NCBI GenBank assembly: GCA_964016885.1
Contig: OZ024743.1
Coordinates: 165,292,001-165,356,000 of the forward strand
Origin: Eledone cirrhosa
Taxonomy: Eukaryota
Length of the DNA stretch: 64,000 bases
Reading direction: 5' to 3'
In this document: positions 23,533 through 38,980 of the stretch, one piece after another
Numbering within the stretch: the first letter of the stretch is position 1
Layout: each line of letters starts with the position of its first letter
Notes under the pieces: model-generated
What the model saw: only the letters and a program-made list of their open reading frames with translations
Database searches by the model: none
Told to the model about the DNA's origin: nothing
Made by a program: the position numbers and the translations under genes

Positions 23533-23941
23533 ATATATATATATATGTATATATATGTATTTATATGTATATATATGTATATATATATGTATATATATAT
23601 ATATATATGTATATATATGTATTTATATGTATATATATGTATATATATATGTATATATATATATATATATGTATATACATATGTATATATATATATGTAT
23701 ATATATATATATCTATATGTATATAAGTATATATATATGTATGTATATATATATATATGTATATATATATATGTATGTATATATATGTATATATATATGT
23801 ATGTATATATATATGTATATATATATGTATGTATATATATATGTATATATGTATGTATATATATATATGTATATATATATGTATATATATATGTATGTAT
23901 ATATATATATATGTATATTTTTATGTATATATATATGTATG

Positions 23942-23972
<31 letters not shown>

Positions 23973-24025
23973 GCATATATATATGTATATATATATGTAT
24001 GTATATATATATATATATGTATATA

Positions 24026-24082
<57 letters not shown>

Positions 24083-24307
24083 GTATATATATGTATGTAT
24101 ATATATGTATATATGTATATATATGTGTATATATGTATATATATATATGTATATATATGTATATATATATGTATATATATATATATATGTATATATATGT
24201 ATATATATATATATGTATATATATGTATATATATATATGTATATATATATATATGTATATATATATATGTATATATATATATATGTATCTATATATGTAT
24301 ATATATG

Positions 24308-24338
<31 letters not shown>

Positions 24339-24793
24339 GGATATATATATATGTATATATATATATATGTATATGTATATATATGTATATATATATTTAT
24401 ATATATGTATATATATATGGATATATATATATATGTATATATATATATGTATATATATATATGTATATATATATATATGTATATATATGTATATATATAT
24501 ATGTATATATATATATATGTATATATATATATGTATATATATATGTATATATATATATGTATATATATGTATAAATGTATATATATATGTATATATATGT
24601 ATATATGTATATATATATATGTATATATATGTATATATATATATGTATATACATGTATATATGTATATATGTATATGTATATATATGTATATATGTATAT
24701 ATGTATATATATGTATATATGTATATGTATATATATATATATGTAAATATATATATGTGTATCTATGTACATGTATATATGTATATGTATATA

Positions 24794-24838
<45 letters not shown>

Positions 24839-24943
24839 GTATATATATATGTATATACATATGTATATATGTATATATGTATATACATATGTATATATGT
24901 ATATATATATATATGTATATATGTATATACATATGTATATATG

Positions 24944-24978
<35 letters not shown>

Positions 24979-24990
24979 GTATATGTATAT
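23533..24990. repeat. (TA)nTG microsatellite array
   Basis: Direct inspection. Confidence 0.97.
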
Positions 24991-27291
24991 ACAGCAAATA
25001 GATGACGAGACGGAAGCACAGTTCACCATAGCTAGAAATAAGATTGGACAAGTAGTAGACAGGTACACTATGAGACAGAGCAGACCAGAGGCCCAACAAC
25101 TTGGGATAAAACCTGTAGAAGGCTTGGTTAGCCTCAAGCAGCGCACAAGGGATGGTGAGGTAGTGTGTCTACCCACAGATAAGTCTGGTAGGATGTCAAT
25201 AGATAGCATGCCGAATTACATCGAGGCAATGCAACCCCACATCACCAACACGAGCGAAGTTGCACAACTAACACACGATGGGAGAGAAAAAATCCTCAAC
25301 GCTCACATGATGATGTGGACTGACATCCTAAAGCCAAGCAGACGCACTGCCAACAACTTCCAGGCGTCTAACAATGGCATACCACCCTTGTATGGGCTCC
25401 GCAAAGACCACAAGACAGTCGACGACCCGACAACAGGACCACCAACAAGACCCGTATGCGGAGCTAATATAGCTAGCAACTACAGGATCTCCTACTTCCT
25501 CTCAATGGTTATACGCCCCATAATGAAGATGTCCCCAGATGTATGTGAAAGTACAGAGGACCTCCTCAGCAGAATCAGTGAGTGCAACAAAAACAGGAGC
25601 CTATCCAACTGCATAATAGGCAGCATGGATGTGGTGTCACTGTACCCATCCATTAACATTGATTTTGCTGTGAAAAGATGTGTGGAGATGATCATTGAGA
25701 GTGAGGTGGAGTTCTGCGACGTCGACACAGACGAACTGGGCCTCCTACTTAGACTTACCTACGACACTGACTACCTAGACAGCCATGACCTTAGATGTTT
25801 CTGCCCTAGTAGATCTATAAGAGGTAGACCTCCCACCATAACCTCAATGGCTAAAAAGACTCCCATAGGAAGGTGGATTGGGTGGACCAAAGCTATACGG
25901 ACCACCCAAAACACTGATCAGGTAAGAAAAATGGTCGCACATGCAATAGGGGCTAGTATCAAAATTACCCTAAAGGGCCACAAGTTCAATGAGAAAATCT
26001 ACACCCAAAATGAGGGAGCAGCCATCGGCGTCAGCATAGCTGGTGATGTTGCCAACCTTTTCATGGTATGGTGGGAAAGGAGACTTAAAGATCTCCTTAA
26101 TGAAAGCTCCATAGACCTCATCATGTACTCTCGTTATGTAGACGATATCAATATAGTTATAAGAACACCCCCACTAGAGAGCACTAACAAGTTTGATTTA
26201 GAACGTAGCACGATGGAAAGCATCCAGCAGATAGCTAATTCCATACACCAGAGTATAACTGTAACTATAGACTTCCCTTCCAAACACCCTAACAATAGAC
26301 TACCTGTATTAGACACAGAACTCTGGATTAACACTATAGACGAGAGAGCCCAAATTCTCCACTCACACTATGCTAAACCCATGGCCTCCAAATACCTGAT
26401 ACTCAAAAACTCAGCAATGTCCAGTAGTGCTAAGTTTAATATTCTGATCGCAGATTTGGTACGAGTGATGAAGAATGTGTCCAGCATGTGCGACCCAACA
26501 GAAATGGAAGGACACATCCAACACTTCATCAACCGCATGCAGTTCTCTGGCTACAACCAAAGAGACAGAGTCAGAGTATACGAAGGAGCCATGGAAAAGT
26601 ATAAGACCCTCATAGAACTGGACATGAAAGGAATTTGCCCACTATACAGGAGCAAATCATGGAATAGCTTAGATAGGGCTAGACATAAGATAGGGAAGGC
26701 CACATCATGGTACGACAACCAGAGATATCAGAGTGTCATGTTTGTGGACGCCACCCCTGGAGGGAAATTAGCTAACCAGTGTAGAAAGGCCCTGAGAAAG
26801 ACCCACTTAAAAATAATGGTGGTAGAAAAGCCAGGAACCACCATAAAATCCCTGATCAGCAAAACCTACCCTTTAAGAAAACCCACTGTACCAATAGGAA
26901 ATGTATCATATGTAAGGTGAACCCCCGGATAAACTGTAAAACTAGAAACGTAGTCTATAGCATAAGATGTACAGAGGGTACTTGCAGAAACATAACAACA
27001 ACATACATAGGTGAGACAGCTCGTAGCATAGGTGAAAGGATAGACCAACACTGGGGGGAACTAAAAGGACGAAAAAACGGGTCAGTACTATACGAACATG
27101 CTAGACAACAACATGACGGTAACATAGACAACATAGAAATTAGAATAATATCTAAACATAGGAATGACCCAGCAGATAGGCAAATCAGAGAGGCCAGTGA
27201 AATAGAAATTAGAAGACCAAAGCTAAACAGAAAGAATGAGTGGAATAACAACAACACCCAAACAAACAACACTGACCTAAGAGAAGTATAA
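24991..27291 (+). pseudogene. PLE RT-GIY-YIG polyprotein with one frameshift near 26870
   Basis: [57 protein letters not shown] and LPVLD motifs. After the frameshift come [11 protein letters not shown]....NC (Cys linker) and VVYSIRC...YIGETARSIGERIDQH...IREA...LN. Confidence 0.92.
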
Positions 27292-27551
27292 ATAAGTAAA
27301 TGAAATTAAATAAAATAAGATAAATAAATACATACACAAGCACATAAACACACACTAGTCACCCAGCAGACACAACACTATACACACTAGTCACACATCA
27401 CACATAACACTATACACACACGCAAACGCATGCGCAAAGAAGACAAAATAAAATAAGATAAACAAACAAGCAAATAAATAAATAAATATATAGACAGACT
27501 GAACAAAAAAATGGCGTAGACATACAACACAACAGGAGAACAATGAATATA

Positions 27552-27605
27552 ACACCACTGACGATGTTGCAGATGTGCAACGAAAGATTTATGTAAATTA
27601 TGTAA
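27552..27605 (+). ncRNA. HHR core motif of family A (also at 38757-38784 and 44469-44496)
   Basis: CTGACGA TGTTGCA-GATG-TGCAAC GAAA with a perfect 6-bp stem II. Stems I and III could not be resolved by eye. Confidence 0.55.
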
Positions 27606-27805
27606 ACTATATATATGTGTTTGTGTCTATATTGTATCTGTATTATTTTGACCGCCGCGTCAGTCAATGGCAACATTGAGGACCGAGTAAGTTAGATCGC
27701 AGATATATATATATAAAAGACAGCGAGAAGCGAAACCAACCAAACAGTGAGTGTGTTCTGTTATTAATTCTGGCAATATTACGCAAATATGACCCTCCCA
27801 AATAT

Positions 27806-27863
<58 letters not shown>

Positions 27864-27911
27864 ATATATGTATATATGTATATATATATATGTATATATA
27901 TGTATATATAC

Positions 27912-27945
<34 letters not shown>

Positions 27946-28204
27946 GTATATATGTATATATGTATATATATATATGTATATATGTATATATATATATATA
28001 TGTATATATGTATATTTATATATATATATGTATATATATACATGTATATATGCATATGTATATCTATATATATGTATATATATATATACATGTATATATG
28101 TATATATATGTATATATATATATGTATATATATGGATATATATTTATATATATATATGTATATATATATATGTATATATATGTATATATATATATATATA
28201 TATA

Positions 28205-28325
28205 TAAAATATTAAAAAAATAATGAATAAAACAAAGAAACAGTTCCTTATATTAAACAAAAATAGTTCATTATTTAACCATCGTTTCTAGGACATATAT
28301 GTGTTAGAATTGGCATGCATATTCA
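28205..28325 (-). mobile_element. Family D 3'-terminal fragment (3' half of the HHR only)
   Basis: Near-identical to 14509-14628. Confidence 0.85.
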
Positions 28326-28348
28326 CTACCGTAAACTTTTGATAGATT

Positions 28349-28403
<55 letters not shown>

Positions 28404-28945
28404 TTATATATATATATATATGTATATATATATGTATATATATACATGTATATATGCATATGTATATGTATATATATATACATGTATATATGTATATATA
28501 TGTATATATATATGTATATGTATATATATATATATGTATATATATATATGTATATATAAATATATGTATGTATATATATATATGTATATATATATGTATA
28601 TGTATATATATATGTATATACATATGTATATATATATGTATGTATATATATATATATGTATATATATATATGTATGTATATATATGTATATATATATATG
28701 TATATATGTATATATATATATATGTATATATGTACGTATATATATATGTATGTATATATATATATGTATATATATATGTATGTATATATATATGTATGTA
28801 TATATATATATATATATATGCATATATATATGTATATATATATATAGGAGACGATCGACTTTTGTCAAATCGGACCGAGGGAAGAGTGTTTCCGTTGGTC
28901 TTTCCAATTGCTAATACTATCTATCGGTCGCAACTCTAGGTAGAA

Positions 28946-29065
28946 GGAGCAACGTGAAATAAAGTGTCTTGCTCAAGGACATAACGCATCGCCTGGTCCA
29001 GGAATCGAACTCACAACCTTACGATTGCGAATCCAATTCTCTAACCACTCAGCCACACGCCTTCA
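28946..29065 (-). mobile_element. tRNA-derived CORE-type SINE, 5' part
   Basis: Minus strand has A box TGGCTGAGTGG and B box GAGTTCGATTC, followed by CORE-like TGTCCTTGAGCAAGACACTTT. Confidence 0.8.
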
Positions 29066-29194
29066 CTATATATATGTGTATATATGTATATATATATATG
29101 TATATATATGTATATATATATGTATATATATGTATATATATATGTATATATATATATATGTATATATATGTATATATATATATGTATATATATG

Positions 29195-29226
<32 letters not shown>

Positions 29227-29482
29227 TGTATTAATAAGAGGAATTCCAACTTTGTCTGATTTACTCGTTTTATTTACAATCCTTTAAAATATATATAATA
29301 TGGTATTATAATGAAATAGTATGATAGAATATTAAATTCTAAGTGTTAATTGAACACACCCGTGTATATTTACCTATCTATATCTATATATATATATGTA
29401 TATATATATATATGTATATATATGTATATATATATGTATATATATGTATATATATATATGTATATATATATGTATATATATG

Positions 29483-29513
<31 letters not shown>

Positions 29514-29566
29514 GTATATATATATATGTATATATATATATATGTATATATATGTATATATATATG

Positions 29567-29597
<31 letters not shown>

Positions 29598-29730
29598 GTA
29601 TATATATATGTATATATATATATGTATATATATGTATATATGTATATATATATGTATATATATGTATATATATGTATATATGTATATATATATGTATATA
29701 TATGTATATATGTATATATATATATGTATA

Positions 29731-29775
<45 letters not shown>

Positions 29776-29907
29776 ATATGTATATGTATATATGTATATA
29801 TGTATATATGTATATATATGTATATATGTATATGTATATATATATATATGTAAATATATATATGTGTATCTATGTATATGTATATATGTCATATGTATAT
29901 ATATATG

Positions 29908-29938
<31 letters not shown>

Positions 29939-30209
29939 GTATATATATGTATATATGTATATATATATATGTATATATTATGTATATATACATATATATA
30001 TACACATATATATATATGTATATATGTATATATGTATATATATATATATATGTATATATGTATATATATATATATATGTATATATGTATATATATATGTA
30101 TATATGTATATTTATATATATATATGTATATATATATGTATATATATTCATGTATATATGCATATGTATATATATATATATGTATTATATATACATGTAT
30201 ATATGTATA

Positions 30210-30256
<47 letters not shown>

Positions 30257-30299
30257 GTATATATATTTATATATATATATGTATATATATATATGTATA

Positions 30300-30414
<115 letters not shown>

Positions 30415-30600
30415 GTATATATATATATTTTTATATATATATATATGTATATATATATATGTGTATATATATATATATTTATATATATATGTATATATGT
30501 ATATATATATAGGTACATATATGTATATGTATATATATGTATATGTATATATATGTATATATATGTATATGTATATATATATTTATATATATATATATAT

Positions 30601-31080
30601 AAAGACGTAAAATAAGAACATTTAAAAAAAATTAAAAATTAACTCAGTGTCACGTGATTGATTCTTTAGAATCTGCCATTTGACCAGAGACAGCGAACTT
30701 TTTCAGTGCATAGACTCCAGTCCCCGCTAGCTATTCCATCCACCGAATTATTATTATTTTTATATGAGTCCCCAGTGTCCGCGCATTGCCTGGAGACTTA
30801 GCTGAGAATAGATTTCCCTGATGACGTAATGAATTCTCGATGGTTATATTATGTAACTATCTTTATCCCATTACAGAAACTAATTAGTTGGAGTGAAAAT
30901 TTTAGTAAGTATGTTAACTTTTAATTTTTTGAAATTTTTCTTATTTTACGTCTTTCATATTATTGGTTCTGCATCCTCCTTCATTGAACCACCTAGGTAC
31001 TATGACATAACTTATGTATTTGATAGTATTAGTGTACATCTGTACGCATATGTTGGTAGATATACTAAATTCTCTCTCTC
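30601..31080 (+). mobile_element. PLE pLTR fragment with HHR; partial second copy at 32434-32620
   Basis: HHR at 30814-30893. 30874-31070 is homologous to 32434-32620. Confidence 0.65.
30814..30893 (+). ncRNA. Type I HHR with extended stem II
   Basis: TTCC CTGATGA CGTAATG..GATGGTTA/TAACTATC..CATTACA GAAA CTAATTAG TT GGAG, with palindromic stem III and a GUU triplet. Confidence 0.8.
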
Positions 31081-31307
31081 TATATATATATGTATATATA
31101 TATATATATGTATGTATATGTATATATATATGTATATATATGTATATGTATATATATATATGTATGTATATGTATATATATATGTATATGTATATATATA
31201 TGTATATATATGTATATGTATTATATATGGGTTATATATGTATATGTATATATATGTATATGTATATGTATATATATGAATATATATATATGTATATATA
31301 TATATGT

Positions 31308-32280
31308 AAAGACGGAAATTTTTACCAGTTGCCCACACATGAAATCACACCTGCTTTCCAGCTCATATAAACTTAACACACTTTCAGATACTTTTCCTCC
31401 ATAAACTCTTATTATTCTCTTTTTAATTACCCTTTCTGACTTACTTTCATTCTTATCCTTGTCAATAATTTCATTTATTTTCACTTTTATTTATTTTTAC
31501 TTCACCCGCCCCCCCCCCCTTTATTCTCCGATCCACTTCCTATTTTCTATTTTTTACTTCCCCTTCTTTTACTTCCCTTTTTCCTCCACTAACTAATTAT
31601 TATTACATTTCTTTTGTGAGACACGCGTGTCTGTGTATGTATGTACCCCCCCTTTTTTGTTTTCTTTAATTTTTTCTTTCTATCTTTTCTTCTAATTTAT
31701 CGTTACTATATTTTTATAAATATATCGAGACTGATACTTTTCTTTTAATTATTATACTCTCTTTACCTCCTTTCTTTCCGCATCTAAGTGTACGAGTGTC
31801 CAGGCGTTTTTTATGCGCGCGACTTTATATTCTTATATTTACGATGTAACCATTTCTGTCTGTATAATACAGACATATAGATACATTTGCCCTAAATTTT
31901 TATAATTACGCACACTTTCTAACTATACATTTACATGTGCACATATACATATATGCACATCTGTGAGCGTATATACATACACATACACACACCTAACTAT
32001 TTTTCTTGATAGATTTTTATATATTTCAATTTCTATTTCATTTATCTATATATTTTTTTGATTTTCTTGATGTGTTTTTCTAAGTATTTGCCCATGTTTT
32101 ATATTGCTTCGTCTGACGAACGAATGAAGTCGTTTATTTCGTATTCGCCTCATTCGGGAAACCTCTGGTAATGAGGTAATTATATTGTATTGATTTTATA
32201 CATTAAATTTTGCTCTGATACTTACATAGAGCACTCTTCATTTCTATGACCTTTTCTGTTTCCAACGGAAATTTCAATAC
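31308..32280 (+). mobile_element. Naiad-like PLE 3' fragment
   Basis: Begins [10 protein letters not shown], resembling the Naiad-type C-terminal CxH motif of families B and D. Has a T-rich UTR and an HHR at 32108-32175. Confidence 0.65.
32108..32175 (+). ncRNA. Type I HHR
   Basis: TTCGT CTGACGA A CGAATGA...TCATTCG G GAAA CC-TCT-GG TA ATGAG, with a GUA triplet. Confidence 0.82.
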
Positions 32281-32688
32281 ATATATATATATATGTATAT
32301 ATATATGTATATATATATATGTGTATATATATATATGTATATATATATGTATATATATATATATGTATATATATATGTATATATATATGTATATATATAT
32401 ATATGTATACACATCTATATATGTACATACTTCCAGAAACTAATTAGTTGGAAGTGATAATTTAGTAAGTATGTTAATTTTATAATTTTCCTATTTTACG
32501 TCTCTCATATTATTGTTCTGCAACCCCATGCATTGAACCACAAAGTTACTCAGACAAAACCTATATATTTGCTAGCATTGATATGCATCTGTATGTATAT
32601 ATATGTTACTAGATATTAATTCTTTATAATTATCTCCAAATTATTTGTCGAGCAATATTGGCCATGACTGCTGCTATGGTAGCAGGTA

Positions 32689-33348
32689 GGCCAGAATGAA
32701 GAATATTAATTATTTTACCACAGTGGTAAAATAATTAATATTCTTCATTCTGGCTAACTTTCTTTTGCAATATAAATACAGATGTGTTGGTATCTGTTTC
32801 ATCATATATATTACTCATATATATTACTTTCATACACGGCCCAGGAATATTTCCTTTGAGCTAATTCCATTGGAAAAGAATTAATTACACTTAATATAAC
32901 TGCTCTTCGTCGAGCTGAAATTCGCCTCATATATACGACTGTTATTTCTAGCAGTACGGTTATGAGACTAGCTTGAATCTGTGAACCCATGTGCGTCACA
33001 CAGTCTTTTAAATTATTTAGAAGTGAAGCTTATCAATTGTCTCTGGATGTTTACTGAGGATAGCAGTGGCATGATATTCCTACACTTACATTCGTCTCGA
33101 AACATGTTTGGATTTTGAGGTTTAAACTTATCTACTGAACAGGTTTGACTTTGAAATTTAAATATGTATAAACATCATAGCCATTTGGCAGCGCAGCTGG
33201 TTTTTGTCGATTTATTATTTTAAATCGATGTGGACAAACTGTGGTAAAATAATTAATATTCTTCATTCTGGCTAACTTTCTTTTGCAATATAAATACAGA
33301 TGTGTTGGTATCTGTTTCATCATATATATTACTCATATATATTACTTT
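32689..33348 (+). mobile_element. Second non-coding retrozyme-like unit (monomer 518 bp)
   Basis: 32723-32830 is repeated at 33241-33348. 32689-32721 is an inverted copy of the repeat start. An HHR-like motif lies at 33049-33114. Confidence 0.7.
33049..33114 (+). ncRNA. HHR-like motif
   Basis: GTTTA CTGAGGA ... GAAA CATG TT TGGAT. Stem III is palindromic, stem I is G-U rich and stem II is weak. Confidence 0.55.
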
Positions 33349-33379
<31 letters not shown>

Positions 33380-33586
33380 GTATATATATGTATATATATG
33401 TATAAATGTATATATATATATGTATATATATGTATATATGTATATATATATATATGTATATATATATGTATATATGTATATATATATATGTATATATGTA
33501 TATGTATATATGTATATATATATATGTATATGTATATATGTATGTATGTATATATATATGTATATATATATATATGAATATATATA

Positions 33587-35406
33587 AAACCATGGGTGAC
33601 AATGCTAAAACCATGGGTGAGATACTGCAGAAACAATACTGCTCTGTTTTCAGCAATCCTGATATGGCCGATCTGGGCTGTATCGGCGATGTTACTCCCC
33701 ATTACACCTTATCGGACATAACGTTTGGCGCCCCTGATGTCTTGGCGGCAATAAAGGAAATCAAGCATAATTCAGCAGTAGGTCCCGATAGGTTCCCTGC
33801 TTGTGTCTTGAAGGCGTGTCAACACCAACTTGCATCTCCTCTTGCCAATCTGTGGCGGAACTCACTGGATGCTGGATATGTGCCAGAAAACCTTCTATCC
33901 CAGTCTGTTGTCCCAGTTTTCAAAAAGGGAAACAAATCCCTTGCCGTGAATTACCGTCCAATCTCACTCACCTCTCATATCATTAAGGTATTTGAGCGAG
34001 TGGTGAGATCGCGAATGACCCACTTCCTTGAGAGTAACAATATGCTGAACTCCAACCAGCATGGATTCCGTAATGGAAGGGATTGCCTAACGCAGCTACT
34101 GCATCACTTTGATGACATTTTGAGAGCCTTGGGAGAGGGTTCCAACACTGATGTTATCTACCTTGATTTCAGCAAGGCCTTTGACAGGGTTGATCATAAC
34201 ATTCTACTGAGAAAGCTGTCCAATATTGGTGTCACTGGAAAGCTGCTGCAGTGGATCAAGAGCTTCCTGTCAAACAGAACCCAACATGTTGTAGTTGAGG
34301 GAGTCAAATCAAGCCCAGCCAAAGTCAGTAGTGGGGTCCCACAAGGCACTGTGTTGGGCCCACTTCTCTTCATCATCTATATTAATGACATCACTGACAT
34401 CATCAAACACAGCAACATTAAAATTTTCGCTGATGATTCCAAGCTCCAAAAGGTCATCAATGGCGTGGATGACCGGATAAGCCTTCAGTCAGACCTACTG
34501 GCTGTTACCCAATGGGCAGAAAAGAACAACATGTTACTGAACGAAGACAAATTCGAACTGATCCACTTTGGAAAAGAGGATGCTCTGAAACTCCCGTACT
34601 CCCTTCCCTCCGGGGAAACTCTCGTGGCATCTAACAACATCAGAGACTTGGGAGTAACCGTGGACAGCAACATAAGCTGGACCACGCATATAAGCAGCAA
34701 AGTTGACATGGCCCGCAGAATGTGTTCCTGGATCCTCAGAACCTTCCAGTCGAGAGATTCCCGCACCATTATCCTTCTCTTCTCTACTTTCGCCCGACCA
34801 CACCTTGAATACTGTTGTCCACTGTGGTCTCCCCACACGAAACAAAGTATCATGAAACTTGAAGCTCCTCAAAGGGCAATCACGAAAAAGATAGATGGCA
34901 TGTCAGACCTTGACTACTGGGGTCGATTAGAAAACCTGAAACTTTACTCACTCCAACGTCGCCGTGAGCGTTATATTATCTGCATGATGTGGAAAATGTT
35001 CCATCATCACTGCCCAAATGATGTTGGCATCGCCTTCAAGATACACCCAAGGCTTGGGCCCCGTGCTATCCGTCCCATTCAAAAATCTAAATCGCAACTC
35101 ATAACAACAATACGGCACAATTATTTCACCTCAATCGGCCCTGCTCTCTTCAACATCACACCAGGACACGTCAAAACAGAAACTGACCACACAAAATTCA
35201 AGAAGTCTTTGGACAGATTCCTCCAAGTAATCCCGGACAAACCACCCACACCCGGATATGTCTCCGCAAACAGTAATTCTCTTCTCGAATGAGCCATGGT
35301 GCCCAAATCCTGAATTGAAAGACTTCGCCAGGTGTTGCTATTAAGTTAGACATGGCCTGGGCCAATACTGGCCAAAACATTTCAAAGTTATTCAAAGTCA
35401 AAGTTA
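33587..35406 (+). mobile_element. 5'-truncated CR1-group LINE; RT ORF open from 33587 to 35292
   Basis: GPD, NYRPISLTS, QHGFR, VIYLDFSKAFDRV, SGVPQGTVLGPLLF, FADD, RDLGV and RPHLEY motifs, with a TTCAAAGTTA-type tail. Confidence 0.95.
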
Positions 35407-36508
<1,102 letters not shown>

Positions 36509-38372
36509 TTATAGAACAGAGACAGACGGAATCCCTGCTGGCCCTCACACACAGGCTGTTCATGGAGCAAGCAATACTCCTCCCAACAAGAGGCGGAAAT
36601 GTCCTGGACCTCTGTTTTACAAACAACGAATTGCTCATCCACAATGTAAAGGTGACACCAACAATTCTCTCGGATCATAACTTAGTAGAGCTAATGATAT
36701 GTGGTCCAAGAGAACAAACAGAGACAAAACCACCAAGAAGCTCCGGGACGCTCTCCAGCCTTAACTTCTACAAGGCTAACTGGAAAAAGATTAAGAGTGA
36801 AATCCGGAAGCAAACATGGAGTGAAAACACCGCCACACAAGACACTAACACACAATTTCAACACTTCATGACAACGATACACACCATATGCAAAAAGTGT
36901 GTCCCGGAGAAAGAGGTAAACAGACACAAAAATCTTATTCCCAGAGATAGGAAAATCCTTATGAGACGTAGAACTAAACTCTCAAACCAGTTGAATAGTC
37001 AACAAAACCAAAACAAGAAGGAATCCTATTTGAAACGTGCACTACTTGATACCGAGATTGCACTCAAACTTTCACATGAGAATGAGAGGGCAAAGAAAGA
37101 GAGCAGGGCCATAGAAAACATTAAAACAAACCCTAAGGCCTTCTTTAAATTTGCAAAAGAAACTGCCTCAGTACACTGCAAGATTGGGCCACTCTTCCAC
37201 ACGGACGGTTCATTAACCGAAAACCCCCAAGAGATATGTGAAATACTGAACGAACAGTACAAAAGTGTCTTCACATGTCCACTGAGGCACATGCAAATAA
37301 CGAAGCCAGAGGAGTTCTTTGACGCCACAACACTACATCAAGAAATGGCAACCATCAACCACATAGACATAAAGGAGGAGGATGTGGTGTACGCCATTGA
37401 TGAAATTAGAACAGACTCGGCTGCTGGACCTGATGGATTCCCAGCAGTTCTCTTAAAAATATGTAAGCGGCGGGCCTCAGCAACTCCACTGAAGATGCTC
37501 TTCAGAAGCTCCTTGGCTAGCGGTGTACTACCCAGGGAGCTGAAAGAAGACACAATATGCCCTATCCATAAAGGAGGTAGTAGAGCGGAGGCCAAGAACT
37601 ATAGGCCAGTCTCCCTGACGTCGCATATCAGTAAGGTCATGGAGCGAGTCGTCAGAAAGAAACTAATCACTTTCCTCGAAGAAAATGACCGCCTGACTAG
37701 CACGCAATATGGCTTCCGCCCAGGAAGAAGCTGCCTTACACAGCTGCTACATCACTACGACTGGGTACTGAGACAACTACTAGACAGCTCACATGTGGAC
37801 GTGATATATCTTGACTTTGCGAAGGCCTTTGACAAGGTCCACCACGGAATGATATGTCACAAACTACACGGACTCGGCATAACTGTAAATGTAGGTGAGT
37901 GGCTGCATGGCTTCCTAAGGGACAGAAGCCAGGCAGCCGCAGCAAATGGGCTTTCTCGAGGGAAACACCGATAACAAGTGGGGTGCCCCAGGGGACAGTC
38001 CTGGGACCACTACTGTTTTTGGTGGCTCTCTCGGACATGCCCTCTGTGGTGCATGCAACAACATCCCTCACTAGCTATGCTGATGACACTAAGGTAGCAC
38101 AGGCAATCAAAAACCCGGCTGACGCTGCCCTTTTACAGCAGGATCTGGATGCCATATACAGATGGGCGGAAGAAAACAACATGCAGTTTAATGCTGGCAA
38201 ATTCCAAGCCCTACAATACAAATCTGCAAACACAAATATAGTGGAACACAGCTACACAGGACCAGGAGGGACCGATATCCCCGTGTCAAAATGGATACGA
38301 GACCTGGGCATAGACATGAGCGATGATGCATCTTTTTCTTCACACATCATGAAAGTGGCGACAACGTGCAGA
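36509..38372 (+). mobile_element. Second CR1-group LINE family, internal fragment (APE endonuclease C-terminus + RT), frameshift near 37950
   Basis: [14 protein letters not shown]...SDHNLV (APE), then [34 protein letters not shown] and YADDT. It stops abruptly at the family A junction. Confidence 0.93.
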
Positions 38373-38980
38373 GAGGCCAGTGCAAATCAGAGAGGCCAGT
38401 GAAATAGAAATTAGAAGACCAAAGCTAAACAGAAAGAATGAGTGGAACAACAACAGCACCCAAACAAACAACACTGACCTAAGAGAAGTATAAATAAGTA
38501 AATAAAATAAGATAAATAAATACATACACAAGCACAATAACAACAAGCACATAAACACACACTAGTCACCCAGCAAACATAACACTATACACACTAGTCA
38601 CACAGCAAACATTACACTATACACACACGCAAACGCATGCGCAAAGAAGACAAAATAAAATAAACAAACAAGCAAATAAATAAATAAATATATAGACAGA
38701 CTGAATAAAAAATGGCGTAGACATACAACACAACAGGAGGAAAAAATATAACACCACTGACGATGTTGCAGATGTGCAACGAAAGATTTATGTAAATTTT
38801 GTAAACTATATATATGTGTTTGTGTCTATATTGTATCTGTATTATTTTTGACCGTCGGTCAGTCAATGGCAACATTGAGGACCGAGTAAGTTAGATTGCA
38901 GATATAAAAGACAGCGAGAAGCAAAAACCAACCAAACAGTGAGTGTGTTCTGTTATTAATTCTGGCAATATTACACAAAT

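Larger units (their letters stand above)
24991..27811 (+). mobile_element. Penelope-like element family A copy 1 (5'-truncated, Neptune-like)
   Basis: RT + GIY-YIG ORF, then a 3' UTR with an HHR core, ending in the first codons of the ORF (ATGACCCTCCCA..., a partial-tandem tail). Confidence 0.92.

Noticed and set aside
28990-29065. tRNA gene
   Set aside because: A and B boxes are present but there is no acceptor stem, and it runs into a SINE CORE-like domain
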